From an uncultured Rhodospirillales bacterium (GTDB taxonomy: Bacteria; Pseudomonadota; Alphaproteobacteria; Rhodospirillales; Defluviicoccaceae), in the NCBI GenBank assembly GCA_937127205.1, contig CAKZLS010000091.1, positions 1 through 45,496 of the forward strand: a DNA stretch of 45,496 bases, written 5' to 3'. Shown one piece after another: positions 26,212 through 35,107 of this stretch. Made by a program: the position numbers and the translations under genes. How positions within the stretch are numbered: position 1 is the stretch's first letter; each line of letters begins with the position of its first letter. The notes under the pieces were generated by a model, which saw only the letters and a list, made by a program, of their open reading frames with translations, was not told the DNA's origin and did not search any database.

Positions 26212-26892
26212 ATGGCCAATGCCACGTCCGTCGATCTCGTGTCCGGATGCGGCCCTCAAACTTGTGGTGCGGGGCCGTCTCCGATGACAAGCGCGAGGGA
26301 CGCCGCGCCGGCGCGGATCGGCCCGAACGCCATTATCCGGATGGCCGAGGCCCTGGACGAGGACGTCGGTCCGGAAGTCACGCGACGCATCTTCCACTCT
26401 TGCGCACTGGATGGGTATGTCGATGCGCCGCCGGCGGAAATGGTCGACGAGCGTGAGGTTTCGAAGCTTCAAGCGGCCGTGGTTTCCGAATTGGGGATGG
26501 CGCATTCTCGGACCGTCTCCCGGTCGGCTGGTTTGCGCACTGGCGATTATCTTCTGAAAAATCGTATTCCGCGCGCCGCGCAATCCGTCATTCGCGTTCT
26601 ACCGGCGAGCCTCGCCAGCCGGGTGCTGTTGGCGGCCATAAGGCGCAATGCATGGACATTCGTCGGCAGCGGGCACTTCACGGCTACCAGCGGTTTGGCG
26701 TTGGCGCGGTTATCCGTCGAAGGCTGCCCATTGTGTTGTGATTTGACAGCCACCACGCCACGGTGCGACTATTTTGCCGGAACATTCGAACACTTGTTCC
26801 GGTCGCTCGTTCATCCCGTTAGCGAGGTGGAAGAAAACAGTTGTATGGCGAACGGCGCATTGGCTTGCATATTCGAAATCCGGTGGCGTTGA
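26212..26892 (+). CDS. bchJ: Bacteriochlorophyll 4-vinyl reductase-associated protein BchJ (V4R domain)
   Basis: RIGPNAIIRMAEALDEDVGPEV and a Cys-rich C-terminus (EGCPLCCD...RCDYFAGTFEHLFRSLV...CMANGALACIFEI). The start is uncertain: GTG 26203, ATG 26212 (AGGTG 6 nt upstream) or ATG 26284. Confidence 0.85.
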   Translation: MANATSVDLVSGCGPQTCGAGPSPMTSARDAAPARIGPNAIIRMAEALDEDVGPEVTRRIFHSCALDGYVDAPPAEMVDEREVSKLQAAVVSELGMAHSRTVSRSAGLRTGDYLLKNRIPRAAQSVIRVLPASLASRVLLAAIRRNAWTFVGSGHFTATSGLALARLSVEGCPLCCDLTATTPRCDYFAGTFEHLFRSLVHPVSEVEENSCMANGALACIFEIRWR

Positions 26893-26893
26893 C

Positions 26894-26907
26894 CTTCGCG
26901 CGCGAAG
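26894..26907. repeat. Perfect 14-bp palindrome CTTCGCGCGCGAAG just after the bchJ stop
   Basis: Read directly from the sequence. It begins 2 nt after the TGA at 26890-26892. Function is unknown. Confidence 0.4.
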
Positions 26908-26982
26908 ATCGGTTCTGTCGGCGCACCCGTTTTTGACGCGGCGAATGTCGCGAAAATACGCCTGATTCGGAGAGGCGCGAAC

Positions 26983-27414
26983 ATGCCCAGCAGGCTCAAG
27001 ATCGTCCCGGATGTGGTGCACAACCAAAAAGTCTGCGCCATGCATGTGGATGGTCTTGCGGACGAAGCCGCGCGGCGGATGCGACTCTTGAAAATCGGCG
27101 CAATTGTCGTCGTCGACAACCAGGGCCGGGTCATCGGTATCGTGACCGAGCGAGACATCACGTGGCGGGTGGTCGCCGAGGGCCGAGATCCGGCGGGCGT
27201 TTTACTCGGTGATATAATGACCGGTAATCCGGACACGCTGGCGCCCCACGATACGGCCCACGACGCTCTCGATATGATGCGAATGCGCGGCTACCGTCAC
27301 CTTCCGGTGGTTGATGGCAGCCGGCCAGTGGGCATGGTGTCGGCCCGTGATCTGTATGAAGTAACTAAACTTGATTTGGAGGAGATGATCAACGCGATCC
27401 AGAAACATGGCTAA
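26983..27414 (+). CDS. Stand-alone CBS-pair (Bateman) domain protein
   Basis: 143 aa with two CBS repeats (KIGAIVVVDNQGRVIGIVTERDITWRVV and GYRHLPVVDGSRPVGMVSARDLY) and no other domain. Confidence 0.8.
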   Translation: MPSRLKIVPDVVHNQKVCAMHVDGLADEAARRMRLLKIGAIVVVDNQGRVIGIVTERDITWRVVAEGRDPAGVLLGDIMTGNPDTLAPHDTAHDALDMMRMRGYRHLPVVDGSRPVGMVSARDLYEVTKLDLEEMINAIQKHG

Positions 27415-27455
27415 CATTTCCTGGCAAAAGGATTGCGATCCGAACGTTGCCGGAT

Positions 27456-27472
27456 TTGCTGCTATGCAGCAA
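27456..27472 (+). repeat. 7-bp perfect inverted repeat TTGCTGC-tat-GCAGCAA downstream of the CBS gene, a possible transcript-end hairpin
   Basis: Located 42 nt after the CBS stop. No U-tract follows it, so a terminator function is not supported. Confidence 0.35.
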
Positions 27473-27572
27473 TCGGGATGGGGGCAGAAGATAAAAACAT
27501 AGCCAATGTACGACTGTAAGGTGTAAAGTGATGTTGTCGACAAGTAAGTGGAACAGTGCCAGCAAAAGCAAA

Positions 27573-27590
27573 TGTGATTGACAGGGCACA
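27573..27590. promoter_or_regulatory. Single PpsR/CrtJ operator (perfect TGT-N12-ACA) upstream of the second ppsR
   Basis: TGTGATTGACAGGGCACA lies 166 nt upstream of ATG 27756. I found no partner box at the 8-bp spacing. Confidence 0.55.
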
Positions 27591-27755
27591 AATACCTAGT
27601 CTGTTCGCTGGTTGGGCCCGGCGAGCTTGTACACCTCTGGTTACGGCGCCCACTCGCAAAGGTTCTCTAGGAGAACTCGTGCGATCACCAGAGCGGAGCA
27701 GGAACGCCCTCTCCAATTTTGAGGGCAACCAAGTTGGTTCGATTGGTTAACGCAC

Positions 27756-29108
27756 ATGAGGGACATGACTCTAACGCAACCCGATATCACCCTTACGCTG
27801 GATTTGCAGGGTGTCATTCAGGATGCCCAGCTTTCGGGCGAGGTTTCGGCCAGCGATATCGACAGCTGGATTGGCCTTCCCTGGACCGAAACAGTCGCCG
27901 ATGTGGGGGCTGACAAAGTCCGGAGAATGGTCGAAGACGCACGCGTGAATGGGGTTTCGGCCTTTCGCCAAATCAATCAACGCTTCCCGAGCGGCCTTGA
28001 GTTGCCGTTCGAGTATACGACGGTTTCGTTGGGAGGCCAGGGCGGCTTGGTCGCCGTGGGCAAGAGCCTCAAGGCCGTGGCCAACCTCCAGGCGCGTTTG
28101 GTGGCTGCCCAGCACGCCATGGAACAAGACTACTGGAAACTGCGCGAAGTAGAGACCCGATACCGGCTTTTGTTCGATTCTTCCAACGACGCAGTGTTGC
28201 TCGTACGGGCTTCGAATTTGCATGTGGTGGAGGCCAATCCGGCGGCCATTCGCGTGCTCGGGATGAAGCCCGACGGGAGCGATTTGCTGGCCGAATTGTG
28301 GCCCGAAGATCGAAGCGCGGTTCAAGCCATGCTGGATCGGGTGCGTGAATATGGCAAAGCGCCCGGGCTTCTCGTCCACCTCGGGCGAAGCGGACAGGCA
28401 TTGATCGTCCGCGCCTCTGTGATGACATCTCATCCCGGCACTCTGTTCTTGCTTCAGCTCTTGCCGGCTGGACTGACACCGCAGGCACCCATCGGAAACG
28501 ACGTGTTGCAGATCGATGAGTTGATCGAACGCATCCCGGACGGATTGGTAGTGATCGACCCGGAGGGAATGGTGAAGCGCGCCAATCGGGCGTTTCTTGA
28601 TCTCGTCCAGGTGGGGGCCGAGAGAGCGGTTATCGGCGAACGTCTCGGGCGGTGGCTAAGCCGGCCGGGCGCCGACCTCAAGGTGCTGCTCAGCAATGTG
28701 GAGCAGCACGGGCTTGTCCGCTTGTTCTCGACATCCATCAACGGCGAACTCGGCACCGAGATCGAGGTGGAGATTTCGGCGGCGCGGGCGTCCGACGCCA
28801 AGTCGTCTCCCATCGGCGTGCTTGTTCGCGCCGTAAGTCACCGGTTGCCGGAGGCTGGCGAAGGCGAAGGGCTCGGCTTGGTGTTGGGCACATTGGCCGA
28901 GCAGGTCGGCAAGACCCCCCTGAGCAAATTAGTGAAGGATACCGTCGCCGTGGTTGAGCGGCACTATATCGAGGGCGCCCTGGAACTTACGGGAGGAAAC
29001 CGGACATCGACCGCGGAACTTCTCGGGCTCAGCCGTCAAAGTTTATACGGAAAGTTGAATCGCTATGGACTGGACGGTAGCACAGATGCAATCATTAAGG
29101 AGGGGTAA
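27756..29108 (+). CDS. ppsR: PpsR paralogue (copy 2, PpsR2-like)
   Basis: 450 aa, same architecture as copy 1. Shared blocks include QDYWKLREVETRYRLLF and ANRAFLDLVQ, and the C-terminal HTH is GGNRTSTAELLGLSRQSLYGKLNRYGL. The protein contains no cysteine. It lies adjacent to a bacteriophytochrome. Confidence 0.88.
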   Translation: MRDMTLTQPDITLTLDLQGVIQDAQLSGEVSASDIDSWIGLPWTETVADVGADKVRRMVEDARVNGVSAFRQINQRFPSGLELPFEYTTVSLGGQGGLVAVGKSLKAVANLQARLVAAQHAMEQDYWKLREVETRYRLLFDSSNDAVLLVRASNLHVVEANPAAIRVLGMKPDGSDLLAELWPEDRSAVQAMLDRVREYGKAPGLLVHLGRSGQALIVRASVMTSHPGTLFLLQLLPAGLTPQAPIGNDVLQIDELIERIPDGLVVIDPEGMVKRANRAFLDLVQVGAERAVIGERLGRWLSRPGADLKVLLSNVEQHGLVRLFSTSINGELGTEIEVEISAARASDAKSSPIGVLVRAVSHRLPEAGEGEGLGLVLGTLAEQVGKTPLSKLVKDTVAVVERHYIEGALELTGGNRTSTAELLGLSRQSLYGKLNRYGLDGSTDAIIKEG

Positions 29109-29129
29109 CGACGAGCTTGAGGTGAGGGT

Positions 29130-31304
29130 TTGGACTCTGAGTCATTTCCAGCGCCGGCGTTTGGCAAAGCCGACCTGTCGAATTGCGAGCAAGAACAGAT
29201 CCACCTTGCCGGGTCCATCCAGCCTCACGGCGCCTTGCTCGTAATCAGCGAGCTTGAGAATAAAATCATCCAAGTCAGCGCAAACGCCAAAGAATTTCTC
29301 GGTATCGACTGCGAGATGCTCGGATGTGCCCTCGAATCCGTTCCGGGTGACCTTGCCGAGCGCATCCAGCCATTGCTGGACGATCCGCTTCATGTGATCC
29401 CGAGGGCTATTCAATGCCACATCGGTGAGCCTTCCGCGGTGTACAATGGTCTCGTTCACCGGCCGCCGGAGGGTGGGCTGGTGGTTGAGCTGGAGCGTTC
29501 GGGCGTCACCATCGATCACTCCAAGAACGTAGCGAAATTTCTTCAGTCCATCGTTGCGTGCGGCTCTATGCAGGTGCTTTGCGACGAAACCGCCAGGATG
29601 TTCGAGGTTCTTACCGGCTACGACCGGGTTATGGTCTACCGTTTCGATGAGGACGGACACGGCGAGGTCTTCGCCGAACAGCGTAAACCCGAACTCGAGC
29701 CCTATCTGGGCATGCGGTATCCGGCGTCGGACATTCCGCAGATGGCCCGGCGGCTCTACGAGCGAAACCGGGTACGCTTGCTGTTTGACGTTTCCTATGA
29801 TCCGGTCCCGTTGACGCCACGGCTGTCACCGCTCACCGGCCACCAACTCGACATGTCGCTGTGTTTCCTTCGGAGCATGTCACCCATCCATATTCAGTAT
29901 CTCAAGAATATGGGCGTGGCGGGAACCTTGGTGGCATCGCTGGTGGTTGGCGGCCGGCTTTGGGGGCTGGTGGCTTGCCATCATTATTCTGCCCGTCACA
30001 TCCCCTACGAAACCCGCGTCGTGTGCGAGCTGCTTGCGGAAACCGTGGCCACCCGGATCGCCGCGCTGGAATGCTTCGCGCAGTCGGACGCGGAATTGGG
30101 GGCGCGGCGTCTCGAACAGAGAATGATCGGGGCGATTTCTCGAAATGGCGACTGGCGATCGGCGTTGTTCGACAGTCCGCAGACGCTGCTCGAGCCGCTC
30201 AACGCTACCGGTGCCGCTCTGTTGTTCGACGATCAGGTGCTGACTTCGGGGGAAGTTCCGAGCACGCCGCGCCTTCGCCAGATTTCCGAATGGTTGGATG
30301 GCCAGCGGGACCGCCCGGTCATCGCCACTGCTTCGCTTGGAGGCGAGGAGGCCGCGCTTGACACGCTCAGGGCAGTGGCGTGCGGAATTGTTGCGATTCC
30401 AGTGTCGAGTACGCCTGGCGAGTATCTCATTTGGGTGCGCCCGGAGCAGATCCGATCCGTTACCTGGGGGGGCGATCCTTTCAAGCCGGTCGAGGTGGGG
30501 GACGATCCGTCCACTCTGTCTCCGCGTCGGTCGTTCGCGAAGTGGCATCAGCTAGTGGAGGGCACGTGCAGCCCCTGGAGCGCGGCGGATCTTGCGGCTG
30601 CCCGCCTTATCGGCGAGACGGTGACCGACGTGGTGGTTCAGTTCCGGTCGGTCCGGATGCTGATCGTCGAAGACCAACTCGAAACCATTCGCCGCCAGGT
30701 CAGCGTATCCAACCAGCCGGTCGTCATTGCCGACGCCGAGGGCCGCATCCTTCTCACCAATGAGGTCTTCGAGACGTTGCTTAAAAACGACCGGCGGCAG
30801 CTGATGCGGGTCGACGAGTTGCCGACGCTATTCTCCGATGACGCTGAGGCCCGTCAACGGCTTGATGACTTGGTGCGTGATAAACGGAACTGGCGTGGTG
30901 AGGTCTGTTTGAAGACCGAAGCGGGCCAGGAGGAGCCGGTTCTCGTGCGGGCCGATCCGGTATTTTCGTCGCCTAAAAAAGTACTCGGCTTCGTGATCCT
31001 GTTCACCGATCTGCGTGCCCGAAAGGCGGCCGAAAACGCGCGCAGCCGTTTCCAGGAAGGACTGATCGCATCGAATAGCTTGGGACCCGCAGGCCTCGAT
31101 GCGGAATGGGCCCCTTCGTATCAGAGTCTTTTTTCTTCTGTCGTGGGCAATGCTCAATTGGCTGCTTTCGAGATCGCCGAGGGCGGCGACGATGCCCGTA
31201 CGCCCGACTTTCTTGAAAACGTCCGAGTGTCGGTAAATCGCACGGCCGAACTGCTCGAGCATCTCATGTCCCATGCCTCTTCGGCGTCGCGCGACAAATC
31301 GTAG
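29130..31304 (+). CDS. bphP: Bacteriophytochrome without a histidine-kinase output (BphP1-like)
   Basis: Has the N-terminal biliverdin Cys context DLSNCEQEQIHLAGSIQPHGALL, the GAF motif YPASDIPQMARRLY, and SPIHIQYLKNMGV. The C-terminal ~220 aa show a PAS-like segment plus a short helical tail, with no H-box or ATP-binding N/G boxes. TTG start at 29130 with GAGGTGAGGG upstream. Confidence 0.9.
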   Translation: MDSESFPAPAFGKADLSNCEQEQIHLAGSIQPHGALLVISELENKIIQVSANAKEFLGIDCEMLGCALESVPGDLAERIQPLLDDPLHVIPRAIQCHIGEPSAVYNGLVHRPPEGGLVVELERSGVTIDHSKNVAKFLQSIVACGSMQVLCDETARMFEVLTGYDRVMVYRFDEDGHGEVFAEQRKPELEPYLGMRYPASDIPQMARRLYERNRVRLLFDVSYDPVPLTPRLSPLTGHQLDMSLCFLRSMSPIHIQYLKNMGVAGTLVASLVVGGRLWGLVACHHYSARHIPYETRVVCELLAETVATRIAALECFAQSDAELGARRLEQRMIGAISRNGDWRSALFDSPQTLLEPLNATGAALLFDDQVLTSGEVPSTPRLRQISEWLDGQRDRPVIATASLGGEEAALDTLRAVACGIVAIPVSSTPGEYLIWVRPEQIRSVTWGGDPFKPVEVGDDPSTLSPRRSFAKWHQLVEGTCSPWSAADLAAARLIGETVTDVVVQFRSVRMLIVEDQLETIRRQVSVSNQPVVIADAEGRILLTNEVFETLLKNDRRQLMRVDELPTLFSDDAEARQRLDDLVRDKRNWRGEVCLKTEAGQEEPVLVRADPVFSSPKKVLGFVILFTDLRARKAAENARSRFQEGLIASNSLGPAGLDAEWAPSYQSLFSSVVGNAQLAAFEIAEGGDDARTPDFLENVRVSVNRTAELLEHLMSHASSASRDKS

Positions 31305-31356
31305 GACGTTGCTCAGGCTTAATCGCGCTGGCGGGAGGTGCCGTGCTCGGCAGCGG

Positions 31357-31995
31357 CTATTGGCGCGCGGCGGCCGCTTTGACGGCGATGGAGACGTCGA
31401 TATTGTATTGAAAAGCCGCTGCTGCTTCCTCAATGACGGTGCTCGCATCTGCGGCTGACGTTCCGGCGCGATCGATGGCATCGCGGTAATCGGCGGTGAA
31501 GGACTTGAGATCGTCGATTTCAGGAAAATCGTAAAAGGTCAGCATCCGAGGTTCCAGGTCGAGCGACCGGGCAAGCACGCGGCGCAAGGCTTGACCGCCG
31601 TTCAAATCGCCGAGATAGCGGGTATAGGCGTGTGCGATCAAACGCGCCGTGTCTCCGTCGGCGGCCCGGTCAACCCGCCGCGCGTATCGCTCTCCGGCGG
31701 GCAGGAGTGGCAGCGACTGCAGCCAAGTCGAGCCAGCGATCGCGTTCAAATCCGATATCAGAGTGCCGGCCCGATAGATCTCCGGGACCGCGATGACGTC
31801 GATACCACGTCTGTCGCAGTTCCGGCTGAGACCGGCCTCCAGGGCTTCGTAGGCCGGGAGGAGGTTGCGAAGGAAAAGTGCGTAGCCGTTTCGGTCAACA
31901 CGCCCGGTTAGAATGTCCCGAACGATACCCGTGCGCTCAGCCTGTGTGTGAAGGGGCTGGGTGCGGTCGCGCAGCAGATCGGCTAAGTTTTCCAT
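31357..31995 (-). CDS. hmuO: Heme oxygenase (biliverdin-producing)
   Basis: 212 aa with the N-terminus LADLLRDRTQPLHTQAERTGIVRDIL and YTRYLGDLNGGQ, typical of HmuO/BphO. Convergent with bphP. Confidence 0.88.
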   Translation of the reverse strand: MENLADLLRDRTQPLHTQAERTGIVRDILTGRVDRNGYALFLRNLLPAYEALEAGLSRNCDRRGIDVIAVPEIYRAGTLISDLNAIAGSTWLQSLPLLPAGERYARRVDRAADGDTARLIAHAYTRYLGDLNGGQALRRVLARSLDLEPRMLTFYDFPEIDDLKSFTADYRDAIDRAGTSAADASTVIEEAAAAFQYNIDVSIAVKAAAARQ

Positions 31996-32069
31996 TGCTC
32001 AAGTCAAGTGGGAGATGCGGTGGTTGCCGGAGAGCAATCCATGCTCAAGAGGTTCGGACCCTATTGCAG

Positions 32070-32109
32070 AAAAAAACTTGGCAACATCCCCCAGCGGGAT
32101 GCTGCCAAG
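32070..32109 (-). terminator. Rho-independent terminator of the puf operon
   Basis: The minus strand reads CTTGGCAGCATCCC-gctgg-GGGATGTTGCCAAG followed by TTTTTTT. That is a 14-bp stem with one G-U pair and a 7-U tail, 45 nt after the pufC stop. Confidence 0.8.
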
Positions 32110-32153
32110 TCCGTCGTTATCATAGGCCGCCTGTGGTGGCCGTATTGTTGCCG

Positions 32154-33182
32154 TTAATCGCTCACTTTGACGGCGTTGAGCTCTGGATAGTCCTTCAACA
32201 TTTGCGCACCGAGGAGCGGCTTGTTGACACCTTGGTGGCACGTTGCGCAATTCACTTTTGCGACATCTCCATGCGGTCCCAGACGATTGGCCGGGAAGAC
32301 CGGTGTCAGCGGCACGATGTACTTCCCGTTGACATCGCGAACCATTTGTATGCCGTACCAAGCCGTCGCCCGAGCCGGTGGACTTTGACTCCAGCCGACG
32401 AACGCCCGGCTGTTGTGGCAATACGTGCAGTTGACGCCCAGCGACCCGGAAAAGTGCATCATCAATCCGTAGGTTTTTTCCGTTTGTTGGATTGAAGCAC
32501 CGCCCGGGCGGGCAAGTGCGTGCTCGGGTATTACGCGGATGGGGTCGGTTCCCGAGAGGTAGTCGGAGAACGGATCGAACGGCAGGGATGTGTACCCCAC
32601 GGGCGTTGCCGCAACATTCTGACCCAGAGTCTCCACGCCCAAGCGGCCTCCGGCCATAACGGGGCTCGAATTGCGGAACCAAACTTCACTCGGTACCGGC
32701 TGGCCACGATGGCAGGTGTAACAGGTAACACCAGTGTCCTTTACATGATCCTGCCACTCTTTGTTAATGGCCGCATTCATCTGCAGCATCCGCCGGGCTA
32801 CCGTTTTGGTGTACATGCCTTCTTCAGCCATGTTTTCCTCGTTGTGGCAGTAGGCGCAGCCCTCATCTGGCGACACCCACTGAGTGATATTGACCATCAG
32901 AGTGTTGAATTGATCTTCGCTAAGGTCCCCGAGGACTTGCACGTTCTCATAAACTTCCGAAGCACGTGGACCTCCGGGCTCCGGCTGGTAGCCAACCTCG
33001 GGAACCTGATTTCTGGCCTCGATTTTCTCTAGTATGCGTGGGTTGGTTACCTGCTCCATGGCCACCCCACGGTAACCGATCTGTTCGGCCTCCATAGGAG
33101 GAAATTCCCATCCTGCGGTGAACACCATGAAGGCTCCAAGGCCACCGAATAACGCCGCGGCGGCCCAATACACGATATTCAT
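32154..33182 (-). CDS. pufC: Reaction-centre tetraheme cytochrome c subunit
   Basis: Four CxxCH motifs (CAYCH, CYTCH, CTYCH, CATCH). 342 aa. ATGA overlap with the pufM stop. Confidence 0.93.
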   Translation of the reverse strand: MNIVYWAAAALFGGLGAFMVFTAGWEFPPMEAEQIGYRGVAMEQVTNPRILEKIEARNQVPEVGYQPEPGGPRASEVYENVQVLGDLSEDQFNTLMVNITQWVSPDEGCAYCHNEENMAEEGMYTKTVARRMLQMNAAINKEWQDHVKDTGVTCYTCHRGQPVPSEVWFRNSSPVMAGGRLGVETLGQNVAATPVGYTSLPFDPFSDYLSGTDPIRVIPEHALARPGGASIQQTEKTYGLMMHFSGSLGVNCTYCHNSRAFVGWSQSPPARATAWYGIQMVRDVNGKYIVPLTPVFPANRLGPHGDVAKVNCATCHQGVNKPLLGAQMLKDYPELNAVKVSD

Positions 33183-34168
33183 TGTGCTGCTCCTCCGGAC
33201 ACTGTCGGATCCGTGGCTACCGGGTCCATGGGTGGATAGGAGGGGGCGAAATCATGCTCGATCGCCCACAAATACCAGTTATCGACCACGGTTCCCGTTA
33301 GCAGGATACCGATACCGCCGGTGATGACGGTTAGCACCGCAAACCACCAAGCCCATCGATGGATCGATTCCATCGTGGCGTTGAAGCCCATGGTCCAGCG
33401 CCAGAACAGGGCCGCGCGTTCGCCGGCGGTTCCACGGTCGATTGTTTGTTCAACTTCCCGAGCACCGCCGAACCTGGTGACTGCGAGGATGGTCGCTCCG
33501 TGCATGGCGAACAATAGCGTTGAGCCATACAGGAACACGATCGAGAGGGCATGGAAGGGATTGTAGAATAGGTTGCCGTACCGGATGGAGAACGCGGCGG
33601 TCCAATCGAGGTGCGGAAAAATCCCGAAGGGAACGGCTTCAGCCCAGCTGCCCATGAACAGCGGACGAATGAACCCAAGCACCAGATAAAGCCAGATCGC
33701 CGCGGCGAAAGCCCAGGCCACGTGCGTACCCATGCCAAGGTCGCGCGCTCGCCGGTAGGTGCGGAACCACCAGAGCAATATCGATGCCGTCAGGAAGAAT
33801 CCGGCCATCAGCCACCAACCACCCTCGGCGAGTGGCGGCATGACCTGAAGCCCGTATTTTGCCGGTGGCGGCTCGAGCGCCAGCCAGGGGAGCTGGCGTA
33901 CGAACTCGACTGGATCCCAATTGACGGACGCCCACATGTTGAGGCCGATAATCTCAATCGCGATGAATCCGCAGAGCAATGAGGCTATGCCAACCCAACC
34001 AAGGTAAATCGGTCCAACTTGTGCGTCACCGATGACCCCGAGCCAGTAATTAAAGGAAGGAGTGCCCGACCGGCCCCAGTTTCCTTTTGGAAGTGGTGGG
34101 CCATAGTGTGCGGGGTTGCGAACTTGTACTCGCGTAAAAATGTTTTGATATTCAGGCATCTCAGTCAC
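33179..34168 (-). CDS. pufM: Reaction centre M subunit
   Basis: [24 protein letters not shown]-terminus, five TM helices, typical L/M family. The start is either GTG 34168 or ATG 34159 (MPEYQNIF). Confidence 0.95.
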   Translation of the reverse strand: MTEMPEYQNIFTRVQVRNPAHYGPPLPKGNWGRSGTPSFNYWLGVIGDAQVGPIYLGWVGIASLLCGFIAIEIIGLNMWASVNWDPVEFVRQLPWLALEPPPAKYGLQVMPPLAEGGWWLMAGFFLTASILLWWFRTYRRARDLGMGTHVAWAFAAAIWLYLVLGFIRPLFMGSWAEAVPFGIFPHLDWTAAFSIRYGNLFYNPFHALSIVFLYGSTLLFAMHGATILAVTRFGGAREVEQTIDRGTAGERAALFWRWTMGFNATMESIHRWAWWFAVLTVITGGIGILLTGTVVDNWYLWAIEHDFAPSYPPMDPVATDPTVSGGAAQ

Positions 34169-34175
34169 CTACTCC

Positions 34176-35000
34176 TTAGCGCCAAATCGGAAGGTCAAGC
34201 CACCAGTTCCACCACTCCGGCCACCCACGGGTCCAGAACGGTCCGCTGATGACGATGCAGACGGCGCTCCAGAAACCGGCGGAAAGCGCCAGGAACAGGC
34301 CCAAGCGATGGATGCCGAGCGCTCCGATGGAATAGCTTATGAAATCCCGGAAGAACGTATTCTCGTGCTCCGCGTTTCTGACCGTTTCGCCCGGTTTCGG
34401 GTTGCAGGCCGAAAGGATCACACCGCCGTGCAGAGAAAGGGCGAAGGTGGTTATGAAAAAGAAACTGACAGCAAGCATGTGCGCCGGATTGTAGTGGAAA
34501 TGCAGGTACTGGTAGCCAACGTTCGACACCCAATCCAGGTGGCTGAAGATGCCGTACGGAAAGCCATGTCCCCATGCGCCAAGGAGCAGCGGCCGAATGA
34601 CCACAAGGGTAATGTAAGCAAAGATTGCGACGCTGAACGCAAACGGAATATGTAGTCCCATACCCAGCTTTCGCGAGATCTCCACTTGGCGGAGAGCCCA
34701 TGAGCCAAAGGCGCCGATGGCGCATATGGTAATGATCTGCCAGAGCCCGCCCTCGCGCATGGGCGCCAACGCCAGTCCATAACTAAGATCCGGTGGCGCG
34801 ATGTTGATCGTCCAAGGATTCCAAGTCGGCCCAAGGGCCGCGCCCCACAAGATCAGTAGGGTCCCGAGCACAGAGAAAAAGACGGTCGTCACGCCAAAAA
34901 AGCCGACGTAGAACGGTCCGACCCAGAAGTCGAATAGATCTCCGCCGATCAGCGTTCCCCCGCGTACCCGGTATTTTCGTTCAAAATTGAGCAGCGCCAT
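34176..35000 (-). CDS. pufL: Reaction centre L subunit
   Basis: [36 protein letters not shown] is the canonical PufL N-terminus. 274 aa. Confidence 0.95.
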   Translation of the reverse strand: MALLNFERKYRVRGGTLIGGDLFDFWVGPFYVGFFGVTTVFFSVLGTLLILWGAALGPTWNPWTINIAPPDLSYGLALAPMREGGLWQIITICAIGAFGSWALRQVEISRKLGMGLHIPFAFSVAIFAYITLVVIRPLLLGAWGHGFPYGIFSHLDWVSNVGYQYLHFHYNPAHMLAVSFFFITTFALSLHGGVILSACNPKPGETVRNAEHENTFFRDFISYSIGALGIHRLGLFLALSAGFWSAVCIVISGPFWTRGWPEWWNWWLDLPIWR

Positions 35001-35050
35001 CGCTCCGTCCTCTCCACTTACGGCGGTTATTGGTTTTAGTCGGTTGGATG

Positions 35051-35107
35051 CCCGCGGCAGCAGTGGGTCCCGAAAGGGAATCGAGACCCGTTTACCGCTG
35101 TCGCGGG
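35051..35107 (-). promoter_or_regulatory. Two-tier intercistronic mRNA hairpin between pufA and pufL
   Basis: The outer stem is 35051-35061 (CCCGCGGCAGC) with 35097-35107 (GCTGTCGCGGG), 11 bp with 1 mismatch. The inner stem is GGGTC-c-CGA (35065-35073) with TCG-a-GACCC (35081-35089) around a 7-nt loop. Confidence 0.65.

Noticed and set aside
27556-27750. 64-aa plus-strand ORF (GTG start) upstream of ppsR2
   Set aside because: It overlaps the PpsR operator, has no SD and no recognisable features. I treated it as part of the regulatory leader.
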